A DNA stretch of 55,305 bases from Pirellulales bacterium (GTDB lineage: Bacteria > Planctomycetota > Planctomycetia > Pirellulales > UBA1268), in the NCBI GenBank assembly GCA_044234625.1, contig JBIIIP010000003.1, forward strand, positions 1 to 55,305, in the 5' to 3' direction. The translations under genes were made by a program, and so were the position numbers. Position 1 is the stretch's first letter. Each line of letters opens with the position of its first letter. Below the pieces are notes generated by a model that was given only the letters and a program-made list of their open reading frames with translations, did no database searches and was not told the DNA's origin. Below are positions 10,679-17,620 of this stretch, in pieces.

Positions 10679-11646
10679 TTCACACCTGCCATGACGCCCT
10701 CGCGGGCGAGCGCACGGGCCGTTTTCACGGCCGCCGCGTCAGTGCCGCTCGCCGGGTTGTTCGCGGCCACGCTGACGCGGCCGGTGCCGGGCGCGATCAC
10801 CAGCCAGCGCGAATTCTGCGACTGGAGCGATGTGTCGTCTTGGATGTCGGCGAGCGGGGCGATGAGCAGATAGAGCGGGGCGAACGGCTGCGCCGGTGCC
10901 ACGCCCGACGCATCGTAGAGAATGACCGAATCGAGCCCGCCCGTGCTGTTGAAGGTGATCCCGATCGAGCCCTTTCCGCTGAGCGTGCCGTAGTTGCCCG
11001 TCATCGCCTCGCCGATCCCGCTGTAGCGGAGGTCGATCGCCGCCAACTTCGGCAGGCTGGCGGCCGGCAAGGAGGCGATCGGATAGCGGGCGATCTCGAA
11101 CCGCAGGCTCGACCCCGACGGTGCACTGGGCCAGACCGTGTTGTTGATCGTCTGGCCGGCCGATGAGCGGAGAGAAACGGTTCCCGCGGGGCTGCCTCCC
11201 GAAGGCAAGAATCCCATCCAGGCCGTCTTGGGGAGAGAGGACGAGTTGCCGCCGAAAAAACGAATTTCATAGCCGGTGGCCAGATCCGTCGCGTCGGCAT
11301 TCTCCAGTGTCAGGTTGACCGTTGTGGACGTGGACGACAGCGTCGTCGGGGGCATGCCGGAGGAAACGGTTCCCACGGCGAACGGGGGCACGTCAGCGGT
11401 GAGGATCACGTTCGAGGCCACATCGCCGCTGGGGACACTGAAAATCAGCGCCGCCCCGGTGTCGTTGCCGAGGGCACGGGTGCGGGCGGCGAGGATGGCG
11501 GAGGAGAGGCCTTGCGAAAGCTGCCGCACGTGTGAGGCGGCGCTCGGCCGCATGCCAGCGGCCAGAAGGCCGAGGAACGATGCCATGACGACGGTCACGA
11601 CGAGCAGTTCGATGAGCGTGAAAGCCCGGCGTCTGGGTGCGGTCAT
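10675..11646 (-). CDS. Prepilin-type minor pseudopilin (GspH-like by position), 323 aa
   Basis: N-terminus [31 protein letters not shown] has Ala at -1 and Glu+5. 4-nt overlaps at both ends. Confidence 0.65.
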   Translation of the reverse strand: MTAPRRRAFTLIELLVVTVVMASFLGLLAAGMRPSAASHVRQLSQGLSSAILAARTRALGNDTGAALIFSVPSGDVASNVILTADVPPFAVGTVSSGMPPTTLSSTSTTVNLTLENADATDLATGYEIRFFGGNSSSLPKTAWMGFLPSGGSPAGTVSLRSSAGQTINNTVWPSAPSGSSLRFEIARYPIASLPAASLPKLAAIDLRYSGIGEAMTGNYGTLSGKGSIGITFNSTGGLDSVILYDASGVAPAQPFAPLYLLIAPLADIQDDTSLQSQNSRWLVIAPGTGRVSVAANNPASGTDAAAVKTARALAREGVMAGVK

Positions 11647-12539
11647 TGCCTGGCCTCCGCATCGAGGTTGGTGATGTTGTCGGCCTGGTTGTCCTCGGTC
11701 GCTCCCGACGGCCAGCCTCCGGCGTTGGAGGTGGGTGAGCCACAGTCGGCTCCCGTGACGGGAGTGGAGCCGGCACCAAGGGTGTTTGCCTCATCTTGAC
11801 GGTCGTATCCATTCACCCCGTCCGGCCCCGGAGAGTAGATCAAGGGCCGCATGCCGAGCGTCGGGCGAACCGCGCCCGCCCAGGCCGAGTCGAGGGCCCG
11901 GCCACCGGAAAAAAACAGGTTTCCGGAGCCGGTTGGCAGTTCCACCGCCGGAGCCCACAGCAGGAAACCGATCGGGCTGCCCCACGCATCTTGGAATTCC
12001 GGCATGCCGTCGTTGTCCTGGTCGCCCACTTCCGAGGTCCGCAGCCCACCGCAATCGAGGCAGTCTGCGATGCCCCCGCGCATCACGACCATGAACAGGC
12101 ATTCGGCGCTGGCGTTGTTTGCCATCACGGTCGTTTGATCGGGGGAGGAGAGGCCGTTCCAGATCGCGGCATACGTGCGCTGGGCAGCCGATCGCGGCAC
12201 CCATGCGTTGGCTGCCGTCGCCATGAATTGCACGTCCGTCCACCGGTCAGGCATGTCGCCCGTGATCAGGTTGCGGCGGATGAACCACGCCCGGTAGGCG
12301 CCCTTGTCCGTCGAGCCGGGGCAACCGGACATGTCGACGCTCCGCGAATCGTAGGTCGCCAGCTGCGCCATGAGGATCGTGTTCAACTTGTCGATCGTCG
12401 CCCGGGTGGCGTTCACCTTGGCGGAGTTCCGTGCGGCGCCGACTCCACCGGCGACGAGCGTCGTGAGAACGAGGATGATCGCCACCGAAACCAAGAGTTC
12501 GGTGAGCGTGAAGCCGCGGCGGTGAAGGGTGACGCTCAT
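11643..12539 (-). CDS. gspG: GspG-like major pseudopilin, enlarged (298 aa)
   Basis: N-terminus MSVTLHRRGFTLTELLVSVAIILVL. Later DAWGSPIGF and YSPGPDGVNGYD resemble the GspG D-x-W-G and S-x-G-x-DG blocks. It is the first pilin gene after gspF. Confidence 0.7.
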   Translation of the reverse strand: MSVTLHRRGFTLTELLVSVAIILVLTTLVAGGVGAARNSAKVNATRATIDKLNTILMAQLATYDSRSVDMSGCPGSTDKGAYRAWFIRRNLITGDMPDRWTDVQFMATAANAWVPRSAAQRTYAAIWNGLSSPDQTTVMANNASAECLFMVVMRGGIADCLDCGGLRTSEVGDQDNDGMPEFQDAWGSPIGFLLWAPAVELPTGSGNLFFSGGRALDSAWAGAVRPTLGMRPLIYSPGPDGVNGYDRQDEANTLGAGSTPVTGADCGSPTSNAGGWPSGATEDNQADNITNLDAEARQ

Positions 12540-13861
12540 GACAGATCCTGGATCAGCTTGATGAGCGGCAGGAAGAGGGCGATCACGATGAAGCCCACGG
12601 CACCGCCGAGGAAGATGATCAAGAGCGGCTCCATGAGGCTCGTCAGGCTCTCCGTGAGCACCGCCACTTCCTCGTCGTAGTTGTCGGCCACCTTGTAGAG
12701 CATCGTGTCGAGTTCGCCCGACTCCTCGCCGACGTCAACCATGTTCACCACGAGATCGTCGACGACGGGCTTCTTGTAGCGGGTGAGATAGAGCAGGGCT
12801 CCGATCCCCGGCACGAAGACCGTCCAAAACATGGCCGCCACGAGGTTCAGGGGAGGCACCGCGTAGGTCTTCAAGGGCTTCGCGATCGCTTCGCCATCGC
12901 GGATCGATTCGCTGACCTTCGTCAGCAGGTGCTCGAACATCATGTTGCCGGAGGTTTCCTTCGTGATGTTCAACGCCTCGAGGATCGGCACACCCGATGC
13001 CAAGAGCGTGCCCAGGGTGCGGGCGCTGCGCGACATGATGTTTTTCTCGACCAGCTGGCCGAAAATCGGCATCTTCAGCGTGAACAGGTCCCAGCCGAAG
13101 CGGCCGTAGGGGACGAGCGTGATCGCCTTGATGATCAGGCGGACGCCGAAGGGAATCGCCGGAATCAAGAACCACCAGTTCGACACCCAGGTGGAGATGT
13201 CGATGAGCAGTTCCGTCATCGGGGGCAGTTTGCTGCCGAAGTCGTCGAAGATCTTTTTGAACTGCGGCACGATCTTCATCATGATGAACGTGAGGATGCC
13301 GACGGCCACGCATACCACGACGACCGGATAGACCAGCGCCCCCTTGACCTTCCGCCGCAGGGCCTGGCTGCGCTCCATGAATTCGGCGAGCCGCCGCAGG
13401 ATCACTTCCAGGGCGCCGCCCGCCTCGCCGGCCCGGATCATGTTGCAATAGAGGCGGTCGAACGCCTTCGGGCTTTTCGCCATCGCCTCCGAGAGCGTGG
13501 CGCCCCCTTCGATCTCCTCGCACACGTCGAGGAGGCTGTTTTTCAGCTTCCCGGGCTTTTGCATCTCCGCCAGAACCTTGAGGCTGCGGAGGATCGGCAG
13601 GCCGGCGTCCTGGAGGATCGACAATTGGCGGGTGAAGAGGGTGACTTCCTTGACCTTCACCTTGCCGAAGGCGAACGACCGTTTCTTCTTCCGCGCATCC
13701 CCTGCCTTGGCCGCCTTCACCTTGGCCGCCTTGAGCTTCGTCACCATGAAGCCACGGGAGCGGATGGTGGACTGGGCTTCGTCTTCGGTCGCCGCCTCGA
13801 TCGTGTCCTTGATCTCCTTGCCGGTGGCGACGTCGATGGCTTCGAACTGGTAGGTGGGCAT
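12536..13861 (-). CDS. gspF: Type II secretion / type IV pilus platform protein GspF/PilC family
   Basis: MPTYQFEAIDVATGKEIKDTIEAATEDEAQSTIRSRGFMV is a typical PilC/GspF N-terminus. The domain is duplicated and carries TM segments. ATG 13861 is preferred over the upstream GTG 13894, which sits inside a repeat copy. Confidence 0.9.
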   Translation of the reverse strand: MPTYQFEAIDVATGKEIKDTIEAATEDEAQSTIRSRGFMVTKLKAAKVKAAKAGDARKKKRSFAFGKVKVKEVTLFTRQLSILQDAGLPILRSLKVLAEMQKPGKLKNSLLDVCEEIEGGATLSEAMAKSPKAFDRLYCNMIRAGEAGGALEVILRRLAEFMERSQALRRKVKGALVYPVVVVCVAVGILTFIMMKIVPQFKKIFDDFGSKLPPMTELLIDISTWVSNWWFLIPAIPFGVRLIIKAITLVPYGRFGWDLFTLKMPIFGQLVEKNIMSRSARTLGTLLASGVPILEALNITKETSGNMMFEHLLTKVSESIRDGEAIAKPLKTYAVPPLNLVAAMFWTVFVPGIGALLYLTRYKKPVVDDLVVNMVDVGEESGELDTMLYKVADNYDEEVAVLTESLTSLMEPLLIIFLGGAVGFIVIALFLPLIKLIQDLS

Positions 13862-13908
13862 GTTTCTCTCGATAGGCCGGAGGCCCGTCGCCACGTTGTG
13901 GAGTGTGA

Positions 13909-15627
13909 TCAGGCGTCGAGGATGGTTTCGCGGATGACTTCTTCCGCCGTTGTCAGGCCGTTGAAAATGCCGAGCATGCCGGAATCGCGGAGCGTGATCA
14001 TGCCGTGCCGGCGGGCGAGCTCGCGCAGGTCTTCGGTCGATGCATTCCGCATCACCAGGTCGCGCAACTCGTCGTTGATCACCATCAGCTCGTAGAGGCC
14101 GAGGCGGCCCTTGTAGCCGGTGTGGTTGCAGCGGTCGCAGCCCTTGCCGCGGTAGAATTTCTTGCCCACGACCTGGTCGCTCGTGAGCTCCAGGTCGGCC
14201 AGGATGTCGGCCCCGGGGATGATCTCCTCCCGGCAGTTGGAGCAGATCCGCCGCACCAACCGCTGGGCCAGCACGGCCTCCACCGTGGCCGTGATGAGGA
14301 ACGGCGGCACTCCCATGTCGCGGAGCCGCGTGACCGTGGAGGGGGCGTCGTTGGTGTGGAGCGTGGAAAACACCATGTGCCCCGTGAGCGAGGCCTGCAC
14401 GGCTATTTCCGCCGTCTCCACGTCGCGGATCTCGCCCACCAGGATGCGATCCGGATCCTGTCGGAGGATCGACCGGAGGGCATTGGCGAACGTGTTGCCG
14501 ATCTCGGCGTCGATGGGCACCTGCACGATCCCGTCGATGTCGTACTCGACCGGGTCTTCCGTGGTGATCAGCTTGTCTTCCACGTCGTTGAGCTCGGAAA
14601 GCGCCGAGTAGAGCGTGGTCGTCTTCCCGGAGCCCGTCGGGCCCGTCACCAGCACGATCCCGTTGGGCCGGCGGATGATCTCGCGGAACCGACGGAGGAT
14701 CTCCTTGTCCATCCCCAGCTTGTCGAGATCGAGCGACACCACGCCCCGGTCGAGCACCCGCATCACCACGCTCTCCCCGAACAGCGTGGGGAGCACGCTC
14801 ACGCGGAGGTCGACCGGATGGCCGCCCACCGAGAGCTCGATGCGGCCGTCCTGCGGGAGCCGCCGCTCGGCGATGTCGAGATTCGCCATCACCTTGATGC
14901 GGGTGGTGATCGCAAACGCCAGATGCTTCGGCGGCGGCACCATCTCCTGGAGCACGCCATCAGCCTTGAGGCGGATGCGAAACTCCTTTTCAAAGGGCTC
15001 GAAATGGATGTCGCTGGCACCGTCGCGGATCGCCAACAGGAGCACCATGTTGAGCAGCTTTCGAACCGGGGCGCTTTCGGCCAGCGCCTCCACGCTCGCC
15101 AGCTCCGTGGGCCCTTCCCGGCCGGCCGCCGCGGCAGCGGCGGCGAGCTCGTCGTCTTGCTCCAGATCCTCGACCAGCGATTCCACGCTCTCGGATTCGG
15201 CCGAATAGGCCTTCTGCAGAACCTTTCCGATCTCCGACTCCGTGGCCACCACCATGTGGATGTCGTAGCCGAGCAGCACCCGCAATTCGTCGGCGATCTG
15301 GATCTTCTGGGGCTCGGCCGTGGCGATCGTGAGCCGCGTGCCATCGAACTCGATCGGCACCACGCGGTAGAGCTGCGCCATGGGCTCGCTGATCAGGCGG
15401 AGCGTTTCCGAGTCGATTTGCCGGTCATAGAGCGTGACGAACGTGGTGTTCCACTGCTCCGCCAGGGCCTCGCCCAGCTGCTCCTCGGAAAAGAAGCCGA
15501 GCGACAGGCCCACCTTGCCGAGGAGCTCACCGCCGCGGTTGGTCTGCTCCTCGAGCATGGTGGCGAGTTGCAGCTCGTCGACGAGGCCGAGATCGATGAG
15601 GATTTTGCCGAGACGCTTGAGGGCCAT
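13909..15627 (-). CDS. gspE: GspE/PilB/MshE-type secretion ATPase with MshEN-like N-domain
   Basis: Walker A GPTGSGKTTTLYS. Asp/His boxes present. C-terminal CxxC..CxxC (CSNC...CDRC). N-terminal RLGKILIDLGLVDELQLATMLEEQ motif. Confidence 0.92.
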   Translation of the reverse strand: MALKRLGKILIDLGLVDELQLATMLEEQTNRGGELLGKVGLSLGFFSEEQLGEALAEQWNTTFVTLYDRQIDSETLRLISEPMAQLYRVVPIEFDGTRLTIATAEPQKIQIADELRVLLGYDIHMVVATESEIGKVLQKAYSAESESVESLVEDLEQDDELAAAAAAAGREGPTELASVEALAESAPVRKLLNMVLLLAIRDGASDIHFEPFEKEFRIRLKADGVLQEMVPPPKHLAFAITTRIKVMANLDIAERRLPQDGRIELSVGGHPVDLRVSVLPTLFGESVVMRVLDRGVVSLDLDKLGMDKEILRRFREIIRRPNGIVLVTGPTGSGKTTTLYSALSELNDVEDKLITTEDPVEYDIDGIVQVPIDAEIGNTFANALRSILRQDPDRILVGEIRDVETAEIAVQASLTGHMVFSTLHTNDAPSTVTRLRDMGVPPFLITATVEAVLAQRLVRRICSNCREEIIPGADILADLELTSDQVVGKKFYRGKGCDRCNHTGYKGRLGLYELMVINDELRDLVMRNASTEDLRELARRHGMITLRDSGMLGIFNGLTTAEEVIRETILDA

Positions 15628-15636
15628 TGTTCTTCA

Positions 15637-15691
15637 GGCAGGCCGGAGGCCTGCCCCAGGTTTTGCTTTCAGGCAGGCCGGTGCGCCTGCC
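15637..15691. repeat. Two GC-rich hairpins between pilT stop and gspE start (variants of the window-wide palindrome family)
   Basis: GGCAGGCC-GGA-GGCCTGCC (15637-15655) and GGCAGGC-CGGTGC-GCCTGCC (15672-15691), read directly. Confidence 0.7.
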
Positions 15692-15698
15692 GCGTGTG

Positions 15699-17216
15699 TC
15701 ACTCTTCGGGGTGGGAGATCGCGGGCTTCTCCAGAATCCCTTGCTTCGCGTTGGCGATCCGCTGGGCGAGGTCGCTCGGGCTGGCGCTCTTCGCCAGCAC
15801 ATCTTCCTCGGTCACCTTCTTCTCGTTCCAGAGACGGAAGAGCTGGTCGTCGAGGAGCTGCATCCCGAGTTTTGCGCCGGTCTGGATCGCGGACGTGATG
15901 CGGAAGGTCTTGTTTTCGCGGATCAGGTTTCCAATCGCCGGCGTGCAGACGAGGATCTCGAAGGCAGCCACCCGGCCGCCGCCGATCTTGGGCAGCAGCG
16001 TCTGCGACAACACGCCGATGATCGCGGTGGAAAGCTGCGTCCGCACCTGCTCCTGCTGGTTGGTGGGGAAGGCGTCGATGATGCGGTTCACCGTGCCCTG
16101 GGCGCCCGTCGTGTGCAGCGTGCCGAACACCACGTGGCCCGTTTCCGCAGCCGAGATCGCCGCTTCGATCGTCTCCAGGTCGCGAAGCTCGCCCACGAGG
16201 ATCACGTCGGGATCCTGCCGCAGGGCGCGGCGCAGCGCCTCGGAGAAACTCGGCACGTCGGTGCCGATCTCGCGCTGGTTGACCGTGCTCTTTTTCGACT
16301 TGTGATAGAACTCGATCGGGTCTTCGATCGTGATGATGTGGTGATCGTAATTCGTGTTGATGAAGTCGATGAGGGCGGCGAGCGTGGTGCTCTTGCCCGA
16401 TCCGGTGGGGCCGGTCACGAGAAACAGGCCACGTGGCCGGGTGGCCATCTGTTTGCAGACCTCGGGCACGCCGAGCTGTTCGGGCGTGAGCAGCTTGTTG
16501 GGGATCTGCCGCAGCACCATCGCGATAGAGCCGCGCTGCTTGAAGACGCTGACGCGAAACCGGGCCCTGTCGCCGAACGCGAAGCCGAAGTCAGAGCCCC
16601 CCTTTTCCGCGAGCTCGAGCTGGCAGCGCTCCGGCGTGATCGCCTTCATCAGGCCGTTGGTGTCGTCTGCGGTGAGGACTTTCGTGTTTTGTGGCCGCAT
16701 GTGACCGTCGATGCGGAACACCGGCGGCAGGCCGACGGTGATGTGGATGTCCGACACGCCGTTGGAGACGGCGGCATTGAGCAGTTTGTCGATGTGGATG
16801 TTGCCCGTGGCCACGCGCGGCACGACGGCGGGCTCGGCGGCGGCCGACTCCTCCCGGGCGGCCGGGGCGTCCGTGGAGAGATCCAGCTCCAGCGGGGGCG
16901 GCGTTGGGGGAGCCAGCGGCTTGATGATCAGCACGCGTGTGCCTTGCACGTCGTGCAGGGCGCCGGCGAACGTGCCCAGGCCGCACTCGAACTCGAAGGC
17001 TTGGAGATTGGCGTTGGACGGGGCCACGGCCTGGGCCATGGCCAGCACCTCCTCGGCCGGGATGGCCTTCGTTTTGAGGGGCCGCAACTGACCGCCGATG
17101 TTCAGCATCGGGGCCACGCCACCGGAGAGGCGCAGTTCCTTGGCGCCGTTGTCGGAGGCCACCTTGAGCAGCTTTTCGACCTGGGCGGCCAAGGGTGAGG
17201 GAGCGGCCGTGCTCAT
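15699..17216 (-). CDS. pilT: PilT-family retraction ATPase with extra N-terminal domain (506 aa)
   Basis: GPTGSGKSTTLAA Walker A, plus GELRDLETI and GTLHT blocks typical of PilT. Start assigned to ATG 17216 (MSTAAPSPL..). The longer track ORF up to 17729 runs through an intergenic repeat region. Confidence 0.88.
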   Translation of the reverse strand: MSTAAPSPLAAQVEKLLKVASDNGAKELRLSGGVAPMLNIGGQLRPLKTKAIPAEEVLAMAQAVAPSNANLQAFEFECGLGTFAGALHDVQGTRVLIIKPLAPPTPPPLELDLSTDAPAAREESAAAEPAVVPRVATGNIHIDKLLNAAVSNGVSDIHITVGLPPVFRIDGHMRPQNTKVLTADDTNGLMKAITPERCQLELAEKGGSDFGFAFGDRARFRVSVFKQRGSIAMVLRQIPNKLLTPEQLGVPEVCKQMATRPRGLFLVTGPTGSGKSTTLAALIDFINTNYDHHIITIEDPIEFYHKSKKSTVNQREIGTDVPSFSEALRRALRQDPDVILVGELRDLETIEAAISAAETGHVVFGTLHTTGAQGTVNRIIDAFPTNQQEQVRTQLSTAIIGVLSQTLLPKIGGGRVAAFEILVCTPAIGNLIRENKTFRITSAIQTGAKLGMQLLDDQLFRLWNEKKVTEEDVLAKSASPSDLAQRIANAKQGILEKPAISHPEE

Positions 17217-17381
17217 GGGAGAGACACCTTGATTGAGTGAAGGACCCTTCAACCAATCATATTGTGCCGCTGCCGGAGAAACGCGCACAAGCAGGGGGGC
17301 AGCGGGAGAGGCGAATCCGCCCACGTCGAGAATTTCCTGCCGGCCGGGCGGGCCCCTGACAGCCGCCGACCGAACATTTTG

Positions 17382-17410
17382 ATTATGCGCTGCATCGGCA
17401 GAAAAGTCAC
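17382..17410 (-). promoter_or_regulatory. Candidate sigma70-like promoter upstream of pilT (GTGACT-N17-CATAAT)
   Basis: Minus strand reads GTGACT (17410-17405), a 17-nt spacer, then CATAAT (17387-17382), in the least GC-rich part of a 404-bp intergenic gap. The promoter consensus of this lineage is not known to me. Confidence 0.2.
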
Positions 17411-17534
17411 CCATTCCATACGAAAAAAAGCCGGTCAGGCCGAAAAGGGGGCCGGAGGGACAGAGGCCAGCCACTTGGCATGCGGCGGGGAGTGCGGTCG
17501 CAGGGCGATGAGTTTTTCGTGAGCCAAGCAGGCA

Positions 17535-17600
17535 GACAGACCGGAGGCCTATCCCACGTTGGGCAGGGCAGGGCGGAGGCCTATCCCACTTTCGGCAGGC
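17535..17600. repeat. Degenerate copies of the palindromic repeat family
   Basis: GACAGACCGGAGGCCTATCCCACGTTGGG followed by GCGGAGGCCTATCCCACTTTCGG. Confidence 0.6.
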
Positions 17601-17620
17601 GGGCCCGGCTACCTCCCGGC

